DNA from: a virus
DNA: 64,000 bases
Reading direction: 5' to 3' (one strand)
IMG/VR virus record: IMGVR_UViG_3300045988_123906
Under the pieces are notes generated by a model. It saw only the letters and a program-made list of their open reading frames with translations, ran no database searches and was not told the DNA's origin. This document shows, one piece after another, positions 34,614 through 45,721 of this stretch. Positions within the stretch are counted from its first letter, which is position 1; each line of letters starts with the position of its first letter. The translations under genes were made by a program, and so were the position numbers.

Positions 34614-35717
34614 ATGGGTTTTAAAATCAATCGTATTAAGGCAGACCTTGGCAGCTATCCTCATTATATGCTGCTCGGAATTCGCAAGATCGGCAAAACC
34701 ACCTTTATTCGTGACCTGATCAAAGAGAAGTATGGTGATGCAACCAAGGGCCTACTGATTTCTTGCGGTGCTGAGAATGGTTACCACGCTCTGGATGATC
34801 TGCAGGTTGAAGAAGCGAAGGTTTTCAATCAGGACTACGACGAAGAGACCGACAGCCGTGGTTTCATTCAGATTGTTGATGATATCGTCGAGAATAATAA
34901 GGACTATGGCATTAAGCTGGTCGCCATCGATACCTTGGATTGCCTGTATGATATCGCTGCACAGGAGGCCATTCGGTTGTCTCGTAAAGAGACCGGTAAG
35001 CCGTGCAAGAGTATTAACGATGCATTTGGAGGCTACGGTCGGGGACTTGACCGTGTGATTGCACTGATTCAAGAGCAGATTACTCGTCTGGAAGATGCCG
35101 GTATCGCTGTGTTTATCTTGTCTCACGTCAAGGAAAAGACTCGTACTGATATGGTTACTGGTGAAGAGTATCAGGTTTGGACAAACAACCTGATGGACAA
35201 GGTGTATGGCGCAATTGCCGATACTGCACAGATGGTTATGATGGCGGTCTTTGATCGTGAAATCAAGGATAAGAAGGTCACTGGTGAAAATCGTGTCCTG
35301 TATCTGCGTGCTACTGCAAGTCTGGATGCTGGTTCTCGTTTTCACGGTCTGCCTGAGAAGGTTCCTTTCACCCCCAAGGCTTTCGTCGAAGCGTTTGAAG
35401 AGGGTGTTAAGAACTCTGCCACTATGAAGCCGATGACTGATGCCGATATGGCTGCCCGTCAGAAGGAAGAGGCCGCACAGCAGGAAAAGACTGCAGAAAT
35501 CGCTCGTCGTAAGGATGCAGAAAATCGTGCTGCAGCTCAGGCAGAAGAGGACGAGCCTCACCGTGCCGAGTGGATCAGCGCAATTCAGGATCGTTTCGGT
35601 AACGCTTCTGCCGATGTTAAGGCTCAGATCAAGGCGATCCGCGATGAGATCGGTCTTAAGTTTTCTGATCCGGAATTTCCTATTGACGCATTGAAACGCG
35701 TTTATTCTTTGGTCTAA
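34614..35717 (+). CDS. RecA-fold ATPase (AAA_24 / Sak4-like)
   Basis: Walker A LGIRKIGKTT and Walker B LVAIDTLD. Position next to the SSB-like gene. Confidence 0.6.
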   Translation: MGFKINRIKADLGSYPHYMLLGIRKIGKTTFIRDLIKEKYGDATKGLLISCGAENGYHALDDLQVEEAKVFNQDYDEETDSRGFIQIVDDIVENNKDYGIKLVAIDTLDCLYDIAAQEAIRLSRKETGKPCKSINDAFGGYGRGLDRVIALIQEQITRLEDAGIAVFILSHVKEKTRTDMVTGEEYQVWTNNLMDKVYGAIADTAQMVMMAVFDREIKDKKVTGENRVLYLRATASLDAGSRFHGLPEKVPFTPKAFVEAFEEGVKNSATMKPMTDADMAARQKEEAAQQEKTAEIARRKDAENRAAAQAEEDEPHRAEWISAIQDRFGNASADVKAQIKAIRDEIGLKFSDPEFPIDALKRVYSLV

Positions 35718-35790
35718 TCATTCACACTTTATATGGTCATTCTGAAGTAAATACGCAGGGCGGGATGGTGGGTATGTTGAGGTAGGAAAT

Positions 35791-36381
35791 ATGGCAAAGG
35801 AACCTACAGTTAAATGTATGGCTACCGGGGTGCAAGGCCCCAGGAGTCAATTTTATAAAGCGCCAAACAATCGCTACTTTCAATCGGAAGCGGTTTATCA
35901 GGCGTGGCTGTCCGGGCGGCGCAGGGAAAAGGCGAAAAAGAATAAGCCCGCTCCTCAAAAGAAGCCAGGCCGCACGATGGAATCTTACAAGAAGCTGTGC
36001 AGTACGATCGCTGATTTTATTGGATATGACCCGGAAAATGGTCAGCCAATGCCAACGATCGTATTTCGCCGGCTGAAGGAACTGGATTTCTATTCGGATG
36101 AAATCATTCAGCAAACCATGGATGAAAACGAAAAGTCGATTCGATGGGCAATGCAGAATAAGAAGTTCGATGATGACGCAGGGAAGTGCAGCTATCTGAT
36201 GGCGATTATTCGCAACAATATCGGCGCTGTCTACCGGCGTGAAAAAGATAAGGCAGAAAAAACTGTCAAAAACAAAGCAGAACCCAATCTTGACACGATG
36301 CTCGACTTGTCAATGATCGGTACTGCACATAAAGGCAAAGATGTCAGCAGCTTGCTAGGAGGTGACGATTTATGGATTTAA
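35791..36381 (+). CDS. hypothetical basic protein (possible replication organiser/helicase loader)
   Basis: 196-aa ORF immediately upstream of, and overlapping, the DnaB-like helicase. Function inferred from position only. Confidence 0.45.
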   Translation: MAKEPTVKCMATGVQGPRSQFYKAPNNRYFQSEAVYQAWLSGRRREKAKKNKPAPQKKPGRTMESYKKLCSTIADFIGYDPENGQPMPTIVFRRLKELDFYSDEIIQQTMDENEKSIRWAMQNKKFDDDAGKCSYLMAIIRNNIGAVYRREKDKAEKTVKNKAEPNLDTMLDLSMIGTAHKGKDVSSLLGGDDLWI

Positions 36382-37841
36382 CCAAGGCGATTGAAAAGAT
36401 CGAAGCAAATCGTGTACAGGCCGAAGCAAGCTTTGTTTTTTGTCTGTGGAAAGATCCCCAGCGATACGACGATTACAAAAACATCAACGAAGGAACAGAT
36501 AAAACCCTGATCTGTGAAGAACAGGTTTTCTATTTCATGGTCGGTCGCGGCATTCGTCGGCAGGGCTTTTCTAATATCGACAACATCACTCTTGATACAT
36601 ATCTGGCGGACAAACCCACACTCCGTCGGCACTACGAAGAACTGAACGGCTGGCGTGCTTGTAAGGCGATGATGGATCTGGTCGATCCGGAGAACACGGA
36701 CAGCTATTACAACCAAATCGCCAAAATGAATACGCTCAAAATCTTGGCCACCAAGTATGATGAGCTACTCAGTCACCCGGAGCGCTTTGATGATGCCACG
36801 AATGAAGATGTGTATAACACTTTCGAGCTACTCAATAACAGTGTGGCGCTGACAACCGGCAACGATTCAAAGATCGAAAATCTTGTTGTTGATGAAAAAT
36901 ACATCCAGCAGTGCAATGCCGGCATGGATCAGGGAATCAGTTATGCAGCCGGAGCACCTCTATTGAATTATCTGACACTTGGAGCTCCTGTTGGGGATAT
37001 GTATTTGTTTGCTGGTCACAGCGGCACAGGAAAATCAAGTTTTATCTTTGAAAATATGGTTCTCCCGTTTGCAGAAGGTGGTACAGGCGTTGCGATTATT
37101 TCAAACGAGATGCAGAGCAAGGCATATAAAAACATGTTACTGGTTCACATTCTCACGAAAGAATTGGACTACTGGAAAATCACTCGTAAAAAGCTCAGTC
37201 TTGGCCATTTTAATGAAGAGGAGTTGGAGATGCTTCGTAAGGCAGCAGCCATTACAAAAGAAAAGTATTCCAATATTCGCTTTGTAAAAATGTTCGAAAA
37301 CGACACTTCTAAAGTGCTTCAGTATATCAAGCGTCTTGCAAGATCCGGCACAAAGGCAATCATCTATGACACCATGAAATCGGATGACGGTATTGACGAT
37401 AAGATGTGGCAGGCATTGTTGATGAACAGCCGTCGCATTTTTAATACCGTTTCAAAAGAACAGGTCGCTATGATCTGTACTTTCCAGTTGGCTTTACATA
37501 CTACGAATCAGCGATGGCTTGATGCAACTTGTCTGTCAAACTCAAAACAGATAAAAGAAGTGGTGGCTCAAGCTGTCTTTGCCAGGGCATGTTGGCAGGA
37601 CGAATATACCGGTGAGAAATTTGATTGTAATCCCTATCGGCGGAATAAGGACAATCCAAAAATCAAAGAGCCATTCATCATGGATAAAGACAAAAAGTAT
37701 ATGGTTCTTTTTCTGAACAAAACTCGTTCTGATGAAGATGGCCAAACTCTTCTTTATCAGTGGGATTCAGCTTGGAACCGTTGGATCGAAATTGGTTTCT
37801 GTACCATTGTAAATGACCATGGCCAGTACGACCGCAGATAA
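36372..37841 (+). CDS. dnaB: replicative DNA helicase, DnaB family
   Basis: Walker A GHSGTGKSS, RecA-like C-terminal domain, length 489 aa. Confidence 0.8.
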   Translation: MDLTKAIEKIEANRVQAEASFVFCLWKDPQRYDDYKNINEGTDKTLICEEQVFYFMVGRGIRRQGFSNIDNITLDTYLADKPTLRRHYEELNGWRACKAMMDLVDPENTDSYYNQIAKMNTLKILATKYDELLSHPERFDDATNEDVYNTFELLNNSVALTTGNDSKIENLVVDEKYIQQCNAGMDQGISYAAGAPLLNYLTLGAPVGDMYLFAGHSGTGKSSFIFENMVLPFAEGGTGVAIISNEMQSKAYKNMLLVHILTKELDYWKITRKKLSLGHFNEEELEMLRKAAAITKEKYSNIRFVKMFENDTSKVLQYIKRLARSGTKAIIYDTMKSDDGIDDKMWQALLMNSRRIFNTVSKEQVAMICTFQLALHTTNQRWLDATCLSNSKQIKEVVAQAVFARACWQDEYTGEKFDCNPYRRNKDNPKIKEPFIMDKDKKYMVLFLNKTRSDEDGQTLLYQWDSAWNRWIEIGFCTIVNDHGQYDRR

Positions 37842-37865
37842 ATAAGAAGGGAGGCTTCGATATGA

Positions 37866-38885
37866 ATGGATGTCAATGTATTAACGTCTAAGCTTGAAAA
37901 TCAGCCAGACAAAATCATTCAGATCCTTGAAGCACTTGGCTTTGAAAATATCAAGTTCAATCCTCTCAAAAATAATCTGCGGTTCGCTCGGGAAGAGCAG
38001 CGAAATCCAACCAGTTGTATGCTCGATTGCGGCACGCTTCGGTTCTTTGTTTTCTCTACAAACCAAAAGGGGAATCTTTTCAGTCTGATTATGGATGTCA
38101 AAAGATGTTCGTTTCCAGATTCTTTGAAATTCGCTGCACAAAAGGCTGGCATCTCAGAAGAAGAGGTCAACATCAAAACGCATTGGCCGTTCGGTGGATT
38201 CTTTTTAAAACTGATGCCTGACTATGAAGAAGAGATGGAAGATTTAAAAACATACCCGGAGGAGACTCTGGAACCGTATGCCAACAAATACAATCTCCGC
38301 TTCATCAAAGATGGTATCAGCCTGGATACTCAGCAAAAATTCGGTGTCGGTTATGATGTGGAATCAAATCGAATCACGATCCCAGAGCGTGCAACTGATG
38401 GTTCTTTGGTCGGCATCATGGGCCGCGCAAATTATGAGTGTGAACACGATAAACGCTGGTATCCATTGATCGCTTGTCCACGCAGTAAAACACTGTTTGG
38501 ATACTCTGAGAATTATCATCGAATTCAGGAAACAGGGAACATCGTTCTGTTTGAATCTGAAAAGGCAGTCCAGCAGTGCGATTCGTTCGGCTGCAATATT
38601 GCCCTCGCAACGTGCGGCTGTCATGTATCAGATACGCAAACCAAATACATCAAACGAATGCTGCCAAAGAAAATCATTCTGGCTTACGATGAAGGGCTTG
38701 AAGAAGAGCACCTGGTCAACGAATGCAAAAAACTTATCGTGAACAATCCGATCTTAAAAACAAAGGTTGGATACATTTGGCCTGACGGGTTGATTCAAGA
38801 GGGCTCCAAAATGAATATCGCTGATCTTGGTAAGGATGTCTACAAAGAGGGCGTAACAAAATATGTGAAATGGGTAGAGGAGTGA
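37866..38885 (+). CDS. DNA primase (TOPRIM domain)
   Basis: TOPRIM Glu in IVLFESEKAVQQ and the acidic ILAYDEGLEEE. Adjacent to the helicase. Confidence 0.65.
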   Translation: MDVNVLTSKLENQPDKIIQILEALGFENIKFNPLKNNLRFAREEQRNPTSCMLDCGTLRFFVFSTNQKGNLFSLIMDVKRCSFPDSLKFAAQKAGISEEEVNIKTHWPFGGFFLKLMPDYEEEMEDLKTYPEETLEPYANKYNLRFIKDGISLDTQQKFGVGYDVESNRITIPERATDGSLVGIMGRANYECEHDKRWYPLIACPRSKTLFGYSENYHRIQETGNIVLFESEKAVQQCDSFGCNIALATCGCHVSDTQTKYIKRMLPKKIILAYDEGLEEEHLVNECKKLIVNNPILKTKVGYIWPDGLIQEGSKMNIADLGKDVYKEGVTKYVKWVEE

Positions 38886-38890
38886 TGTAA

Positions 38891-39991
38891 ATGGGACAAA
38901 GAGTAATAGCCCCTGAGCTACAGGCACTGTATGACAAAGGGGCGCAGGTGTACAGCTATTCAAAGCTCGGCACCATCCATGATTGTCCGTATAATGCGTA
39001 TCTTACATATATCGAAAAGCGTGATCAGTGCGCCAATGTGTATTCCTCTCTTGGTACTGTGGTTCACGATACGCTGGAAGGAATTGTTGAAGGAAAGAAC
39101 ACAGAAGCAGATATCGGTCCTGCTATTGAAAACGGTCTGGACGAACTCGATATGCTTGGGATTGATTTTCCCAAAACGAGAGATGGCGGCAATGGCATCC
39201 GCGATAAATGGATCTCAAACATGCGTTGTATGGCTCGTGATTGGGTCAGTCCAAAAGGAGAGTATGAAATCGAGAAGTTGCTTATTCTGAAGCTTCGTGA
39301 TGATCGCTATCTTCAAGGTTATGCGGATTTGATTCGTATTATGCCAGACGGGCGGCTGCAGGTGTTGGATATCAAGACTTCCAGTCAGTTTAAGGACGAA
39401 GATCTGCTTCACTATGGTCGTCAGCTGGTCGCGTACACTCTGGCGCTTGAACAGGCCGGATTTAAAACGGCCGCTCCTTGTTGGATCATGGTGAAATACT
39501 GCAAAGTCGTTTACCAAACCGGCAAAGGCAAGCTGGCCAAGCAGCAAGAAAAAGTGCTCGACCGGTGCAAAGTTGGCTACACGCTGCGGTCTACGGTTCG
39601 TTCCAAGATGAAAGCCGCCGGGTATGACAGCGAACAGATCGAAATCGTTACCCAGGCATTTATCGAATCGAATGATATCAACGATCTGCCGGAAGATATT
39701 CGCTGCCAGTTCAAATTGACCACATATGTCAGACCATATCCTGTTACCGATGAATTACGCAAAGAATGCATTGATTACATAAACGAAACAGCAGATGAAT
39801 TCGAGGAGCGGCAACGCAGCGGCGAATGGCCTGCACGAGAGATCGAAGAGAAAAATGGCAGTCCCAATTTCTTCTGTACCAATCTCTGTGGTCATCGCAA
39901 AACATGTGAACCGCTTCGGGATTGCATCAACAAGCGGCCGTTTTATGAGGCAAAAGACCCAAGCGTGGTCGGTATAGACGATTTGTTTTAA
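38891..39991 (+). CDS. PD-(D/E)XK exonuclease, Cas4/RecB-like with a Cys cluster
   Basis: YADLIR...LQVLDIKTS (D..D/ExK) and C-terminal FFCTNLCGHRKTC with an N-terminal Cys (IHDCPYN). Confidence 0.7.
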   Translation: MGQRVIAPELQALYDKGAQVYSYSKLGTIHDCPYNAYLTYIEKRDQCANVYSSLGTVVHDTLEGIVEGKNTEADIGPAIENGLDELDMLGIDFPKTRDGGNGIRDKWISNMRCMARDWVSPKGEYEIEKLLILKLRDDRYLQGYADLIRIMPDGRLQVLDIKTSSQFKDEDLLHYGRQLVAYTLALEQAGFKTAAPCWIMVKYCKVVYQTGKGKLAKQQEKVLDRCKVGYTLRSTVRSKMKAAGYDSEQIEIVTQAFIESNDINDLPEDIRCQFKLTTYVRPYPVTDELRKECIDYINETADEFEERQRSGEWPAREIEEKNGSPNFFCTNLCGHRKTCEPLRDCINKRPFYEAKDPSVVGIDDLF

Positions 39992-40000
39992 GGAGGATTC

Positions 40001-43000
40001 ATGGAGCAAAACTATGTTGTATACCATTTGCACGACGATAAAGGTTCGCTCCTTGATTCTTGTACAAAATGGGAAGACTATGTTGATCTTGCTGCTTCTT
40101 ACGGGATGAAAACGATTGCTTCTACTAACCATGGTTACAACCTTAACTGGACTGAAAAGAAACAGTACGCAGAAAAGAAGGGGTTGAAATTTATCGTTGG
40201 TTGCGAGGTGTATCTTACTTCTGAGATATATCACTATCCAGAGATTCCAGACGAGGTTTATGAATCTTATCAAGGCTGGGACCCACAGGAAGCACAAGAG
40301 GAAATCGGTAAAATGATGGATGCTGAACGCTATAAAGTTCGCGACAACTTCCACACGATTCTTCTTTGCAAAAATGCTCGTGGTGTTTTGGAGCTGAACA
40401 AGGTGATGGGCACGTCTTATGATGCTGATCACAAGTATTATAAGCCCCGTATCACTTTTGAAGAATTCTTTGGATTGTCTGATAACATCATCAAAATCTC
40501 TGCCTGTTTGGCAAGCCCGCTTCGTAAATATACGTCAGAATGTGATGGATTTCGTCAGGAAGTCTATGACAAACTATGCAAGACCTATGACTATTATGAG
40601 ATTCAGTATCACGATTGTGACGATCAAAAAGAGTATAACCAGTATCTCTGGGAGCTTTCTAAGAAATATCACAAGCCACTGATTGCAGCAACTGACACCC
40701 ACAGTCTGAATGCGTATAAAGCAGAGTGCCGCAAGATCCTTATGATGGGCAAGGGAATCGAGTTCACTGGTGAGGACGAATTTGATTTGACCTTCAAGTC
40801 TTACAATGAGCTGGTCGACGCGTTCACTGTGCAAGATGCACTCCCTCGTGAAGTCTGGATGGAAGCAATCGAGAATACGAATCGGATGGCAGATAGTGTC
40901 ACTGATTTCACTCTAAGCACAAAGGCACGATATCCCATTTTGACCGGGACTTCTGAATCAGATGCCAATGTTTATATCAAACGTACCCATGATATGCTGA
41001 ACGACAAAATTCGTCGCGGTATCATTCCTGAATATGAAGTCGCCCAGTTTAAGGCAGATGTTGAAGAGGAGCTTACAGTCTTTAAGAAAACCAACATGCT
41101 GGGCTTTATGCTTTCTATGAGCGACCTGATGATTTGGGGTAAAAATGAAGGCATTCCATTTGGACCAAGTCGTGGTTCTGTTGCAGGTTCCCGGTGTGCA
41201 TTCGTTACAGACATTATTGATGTTGACCCGGCTCGCTGGAATCTGGTGTTCTCGCGCTTCTGCAATGAAAACCGTGTTGAGATTGGTGATATTGATATCG
41301 ATGTGCCGGATGCTTATCGTCCCATGATTTACAACCACATCTTTGAATCGTTCGGTCGTGAGAAGTGTGCGTATGTTCTGGCTATGGGTACTTTGGCAGG
41401 AAAAGCGACAATCGACGAGATTGGACGAGCTCTTGCAAAGGTCTGGAAGCGTGAAAATCCGGATGCAGACGAATCTAAGAATCCTTATTCCCTTGATCGG
41501 ATCGCAAAAGTGAAAAAGGAATACGATGCCAGTGCTGAAAAGTGCCGTGCAGACCATCCTGATATCTTCTACTACTTCGATGGATTGCAGGGAACAATTG
41601 TATCGCTGTCTCACCATCCCGCCGGCGTTATCATCGCTCCAATCGACCTCTATAAAAGGTATGGGGTCTTCCAAGATAAAGACGGGCTGCCCATTCTGTG
41701 TCTTGACATGGAAGCGTCTCATGCAGTCGGTCTGGCAAAGTACGATATCCTCGGTCTTGATACAGTGTCTGTTATTGATAAGACCTGTAAGCTGGCTGAT
41801 ATTCCGTACCCACACACCTGGGAGATGAATTTCGATGATCAAAATGTTTGGGCAGATATGAAAACGTCTCCGGTTGGTATTTTTCAGTTCGTTGAAGACT
41901 TCGCTTTTGATTCGCTCAAAAAATATGACGTTCACAGCATTGCAGATTTGAGCTTGGTCACAGCAGCTATTCGACCCGGCGGTGCTTCTTACAGAGACAA
42001 GCTCTTCCGGCATGAAGCAAATCACAATCCGTCGCCTGAAATCGACGAGCTGTTAAAAGATAGCCTGGGCTGGCTTGTCTTTCAGGAACAGACCATTGCA
42101 TTCCTCCAACGGTTCTGTGATATGAGCGGCGGTGATGCAGATAGTGTTCGCCGTGCAATCGGTCATAAGAACAAAGCGGAGTTGGATGCGGCAATGCCTC
42201 GTATCTTGAATGGATATTGTAATCACTCAACGAAGCCAAGAGAAACCGCCGAAACAGAGGCAAAAGAATTCTTACAGGTCATCGAGAACTCGGCCTCGTA
42301 TCAGTTTGGTTTGAATCATGCTACCGGGTACTCTATCCTTACATACTATTGTGCGTATTATCGCTATTACTACACCCACGAATTTGTAACGGCACTTCTG
42401 AACACTGCGGACACGCAAGAAAAAATCGTCAATGCGACCAAGCTTGCGAACGAACGTGGCATCCAGATCATGCCAATCAAGTTCCGCCATTCCCGGGATG
42501 AATATGTCTACGATAAGACAGATAAGAAAATCTATCAGGGGATGGAATCTATCAAGTACCTGAACAAGCGGCTCAGTCGGGAGTTTTATAAGCTCCGCAA
42601 CCATAAATTCGATTCTTTCGTTGACTTGTTGTTGATGAACCAGAAAAGAAAAATTGCGGACAGTCGGCAGTTAGGGATTCTAATTGAGCTTGATTTCTTT
42701 TCTGAATTCGGCAATCCCAATCAGTTGTTGGAACAGGTTGATATCTTCAATAACTTCCTTGATGCAAAACAGCTCAATAAGGACGAGATGGACAAGCTTC
42801 TGTCTCACGACATCATGGCCAAACTGTGTGAGAAAGAGACCGAAAAGAAATATGTTAACGTAGACTGGATGAAAATCGTTCGGCTGCTCTGCGAAAAAAC
42901 ATATACCGTAAAGACTCCTATCACTGACAGAATAAAGTATGAGGGTGACAACCTTGGCTACATCCAGCTTACAATGCCGAAGCTCAAAGATTCTTACATC

Positions 43001-43249
43001 TACGTCTTGGATATTGATGGTAAGTTCGCCAATAAAACTGTAAGCGCCTACGTCCTCAAAACCGGTCAACAGCGTCGGCTTAAGGTGAAAGGCCGCACTC
43101 TGGAAGCTGCTCCCATCGAGAAAGGCGACATCCTTCGCATTGATGAAGAGCGGGATGAAGGCCGCTGGTCAAAAGACGAGCAGGGTCAGTGGATTCAGTC
43201 TAAGACCGATAAAGAAACGATTCTTCGTAAATACGTTCATGTGCGGTGA
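40001..43249 (+). CDS. dnaE: DNA polymerase III alpha subunit (DnaE-type, PHP domain)
   Basis: PHP start YHLHDDKGSLLDS, conserved GLAKYDILGLDT, 1082 aa. Confidence 0.85.
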   Translation: MEQNYVVYHLHDDKGSLLDSCTKWEDYVDLAASYGMKTIASTNHGYNLNWTEKKQYAEKKGLKFIVGCEVYLTSEIYHYPEIPDEVYESYQGWDPQEAQEEIGKMMDAERYKVRDNFHTILLCKNARGVLELNKVMGTSYDADHKYYKPRITFEEFFGLSDNIIKISACLASPLRKYTSECDGFRQEVYDKLCKTYDYYEIQYHDCDDQKEYNQYLWELSKKYHKPLIAATDTHSLNAYKAECRKILMMGKGIEFTGEDEFDLTFKSYNELVDAFTVQDALPREVWMEAIENTNRMADSVTDFTLSTKARYPILTGTSESDANVYIKRTHDMLNDKIRRGIIPEYEVAQFKADVEEELTVFKKTNMLGFMLSMSDLMIWGKNEGIPFGPSRGSVAGSRCAFVTDIIDVDPARWNLVFSRFCNENRVEIGDIDIDVPDAYRPMIYNHIFESFGREKCAYVLAMGTLAGKATIDEIGRALAKVWKRENPDADESKNPYSLDRIAKVKKEYDASAEKCRADHPDIFYYFDGLQGTIVSLSHHPAGVIIAPIDLYKRYGVFQDKDGLPILCLDMEASHAVGLAKYDILGLDTVSVIDKTCKLADIPYPHTWEMNFDDQNVWADMKTSPVGIFQFVEDFAFDSLKKYDVHSIADLSLVTAAIRPGGASYRDKLFRHEANHNPSPEIDELLKDSLGWLVFQEQTIAFLQRFCDMSGGDADSVRRAIGHKNKAELDAAMPRILNGYCNHSTKPRETAETEAKEFLQVIENSASYQFGLNHATGYSILTYYCAYYRYYYTHEFVTALLNTADTQEKIVNATKLANERGIQIMPIKFRHSRDEYVYDKTDKKIYQGMESIKYLNKRLSREFYKLRNHKFDSFVDLLLMNQKRKIADSRQLGILIELDFFSEFGNPNQLLEQVDIFNNFLDAKQLNKDEMDKLLSHDIMAKLCEKETEKKYVNVDWMKIVRLLCEKTYTVKTPITDRIKYEGDNLGYIQLTMPKLKDSYIYVLDIDGKFANKTVSAYVLKTGQQRRLKVKGRTLEAAPIEKGDILRIDEERDEGRWSKDEQGQWIQSKTDKETILRKYVHVR

Positions 43250-43263
43250 AAGGAGGTGACAAA

Positions 43264-43833
43264 GTGACATATAACGAAATCACTCAGATCCTCAAGTCAA
43301 TGGTGATTATTGTGGATGACCGCGAAAAGGACACTCCACTTCTTCATCAGCGGCTCTCATCGTTCCCGTGTGCTTATATGCGTAAGCGGCTGGACTTTGG
43401 TGATTATAGTGCTGAGGTGACACTGCCAAATGGCGAAAAATTCTCGTTGGCAGATAAGGCGACCATTGAAAGAAAAAATTCCATAGATGAAATCTGCGGC
43501 AACTTCACAACGAATCGAATTCGGTTCGCCAAAGAGTTCGACAGGGCGGCGGCTGCCGGAGCAAAAACTTACATACTCATTGAAAACGGTTCATGGGAAA
43601 AGATCAATCGCGGTGCATATCGCAGTAAAATGACACCCGCTTCACTGCTGGGCAGTCTCACCACATGGCTTGCTCGATATAATTGCCAGATCATCTTTTG
43701 TGAGCCGGATACCACATCATGGCTGATCCATGCGTTTCTTCTCCACGAAATGCGTGAAGCGCTGACCCATTATGAACTACCGCAAAAACCCAAGAGAACA
43801 AGAAAGGGGACTGAAGATGACATCATCACTTGA
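43264..43833 (+). CDS. ERCC4 (XPF/Mus81-like) nuclease-domain protein
   Basis: IIVDDREK, FGDYS, TIERKNSIDE (the ERK motif). AAGGAGG then GTG 43264. Confidence 0.7.
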   Translation: MTYNEITQILKSMVIIVDDREKDTPLLHQRLSSFPCAYMRKRLDFGDYSAEVTLPNGEKFSLADKATIERKNSIDEICGNFTTNRIRFAKEFDRAAAAGAKTYILIENGSWEKINRGAYRSKMTPASLLGSLTTWLARYNCQIIFCEPDTTSWLIHAFLLHEMREALTHYELPQKPKRTRKGTEDDIIT

Positions 43834-45187
43834 TTTTGAAGGTGAGCTGATTCTGGACGGTGTGCTGCTTGACAAGCTGGAAACACTGACAAAAAAGCTT
43901 CAGAAGGCCACAAAAAAGACCGATAAGGCAACAATCTTGTTGGATGCTAAGAACGAGATTGGTGAGAATACGTTGTTTTTCTTCCTTGATTTCATTCTCG
44001 ATCCGCAGATCACAACAGGGATCTCTAAGGCCAAGATCAACAAAAAGGTGCGAATCGTGGATGAATTTCCACACACTTTCCAAGATATCTGCTTATTCCT
44101 GGCGGAGTGCAACACCGGCTCTGACATGGCTTTGTCAATGGCAGCCAGTTATATCTACTGGAATGCTTCACATAAAGATTTTCTGATTCGAGTGTTCACT
44201 AAGAATTTGCCTCTGGGTGTTGAAGCTGCTACGGTCAATAAGATTTTTGGCAAAGTGGTCATTCCGGTCTGGGAAGTCCAGCAGGGATATCCTATCGATA
44301 AAGTCAAACTCAAGCCTGGAACCTGGTTCAGTCTCAGCCGCAAGATGAATGGTAACAGGGGCACCTTCTACCGTGGCAAGTTCATTTCTCGTCAGGGACA
44401 AGAGTTTACCGGTCTCGACCATATTAAGGACGACATCATCAAAGAACTTGGCGATGAATCGCTGATTGATGAATACGTCTACGATGGCGAGCTGGTGTAT
44501 CGTAATAGCAGAGGGCTATCAGACGGCGAGGCATTTCGGGTTGGCACTGGTATGTTGAACTCGGATGGAGATAAAAGCCAGATCAAGTTCGTTGTGTTTG
44601 ATTTGATTCCTACTGATGAGTTTGAGAACGGCAAAGGCAGCCTTCCTTATGAAGATGGTTCTTTTGTTACGCCATATAAACTCCGTCGTAAATGGCTTGA
44701 AGATTTAGCTGTTACGATCGAGCAGAAAGGGCTTAAAAACATCCAGGTCGTGCCGATGGTATATGAAGGTACTGATCAAAGTGTGATTCCTCAGTGGCTC
44801 GATTATGCAGTCAAACATGATTGGGAAGGGCTTATGCTTAATACATCGGTTCCTTATAAGCGGGCGCGTCACACGGGCTGTCTCAAAATCAAGCGTTTTT
44901 ATACTGTTGATCTTCGTGTCACTGCAATTGAAGAGGGTCAGAACCGTCTGGCTGGTACGATGGGCGCTCTGGTTGTTGACTACAAGGGCAACGAGCTTCG
45001 TGTTGGTTCCGGTTTTGATGATGCTACGAGAGCTACCGTGTGGGCGAATCAGGGTGATTATATCGGACGTATCATCGAATTAAAGTACAAAGAGGTCACG
45101 ATGGATAAAAAGACCGGCCTTGAGTCCCTGCAATTCCCGACCTTTGTGCGATTCCGTGATGATAAGAACGAAGTAAGCTACGGCTAA
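43817..45187 (+). CDS. ATP-dependent DNA ligase
   Basis: Motif I SRKMNGNRG (KxDG-like), motif IV WEGLMLN, motif V CLKIKRF. Confidence 0.75.
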   Translation: MTSSLDFEGELILDGVLLDKLETLTKKLQKATKKTDKATILLDAKNEIGENTLFFFLDFILDPQITTGISKAKINKKVRIVDEFPHTFQDICLFLAECNTGSDMALSMAASYIYWNASHKDFLIRVFTKNLPLGVEAATVNKIFGKVVIPVWEVQQGYPIDKVKLKPGTWFSLSRKMNGNRGTFYRGKFISRQGQEFTGLDHIKDDIIKELGDESLIDEYVYDGELVYRNSRGLSDGEAFRVGTGMLNSDGDKSQIKFVVFDLIPTDEFENGKGSLPYEDGSFVTPYKLRRKWLEDLAVTIEQKGLKNIQVVPMVYEGTDQSVIPQWLDYAVKHDWEGLMLNTSVPYKRARHTGCLKIKRFYTVDLRVTAIEEGQNRLAGTMGALVVDYKGNELRVGSGFDDATRATVWANQGDYIGRIIELKYKEVTMDKKTGLESLQFPTFVRFRDDKNEVSYG

Positions 45188-45197
45188 GGAGAAAGTT

Positions 45198-45470
45198 ATG
45201 AATCTTTCTAAGAAGTCCATTAAGCACATTCTTCGGATTTTGGACAACAAATGTATCGAGGTTCCTACAAAGACATTCGCCTATAGCAGCGGTGGACGTA
45301 GAATTTTGACTCGTGATTTTGAGCCAAAGAAGTCACACGGAATGAATGACTGGCAGCGAATCGTCTATATACCGTCCGAAGGATATTTCTACGGAATTTA
45401 TAATGGAAAATCGGAAGAAGATTGGGATATTCCAGATATCTGGTCTCCTGCTCAGCTTGCTGATTTGTGA
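45198..45470 (+). CDS. hypothetical protein
   Basis: 90-aa ORF with GGAGAAAG RBS. Confidence 0.5.
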   Translation: MNLSKKSIKHILRILDNKCIEVPTKTFAYSSGGRRILTRDFEPKKSHGMNDWQRIVYIPSEGYFYGIYNGKSEEDWDIPDIWSPAQLADL

Positions 45471-45478
45471 GGTGTCTT

Positions 45479-45721
45479 ATGGTTGATTTCAGTAAATTAG
45501 CCGTCCCAAAGAAAGAACGACTTGAAGTTCAACTTACCGATGGCACAGAAGAACATAATATCAACTACGTCATTACGTCTCTGGCTACGATCAAAGGCGA
45601 TAAGATCTATAAAAACTTCCGTCTATATTCTGTGGCCGATGATGGCCAATTGACTCAGCTGGAAAAACGGGATGGCGACCCATATTTCGAGGTGCTGAAA
45701 GGAACGGTGTATGAACAATGA
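45479..45721 (+). CDS. hypothetical protein
   Basis: GAGGTG RBS then ATG 45479. Confidence 0.45.
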   Translation: MVDFSKLAVPKKERLEVQLTDGTEEHNINYVITSLATIKGDKIYKNFRLYSVADDGQLTQLEKRDGDPYFEVLKGTVYEQ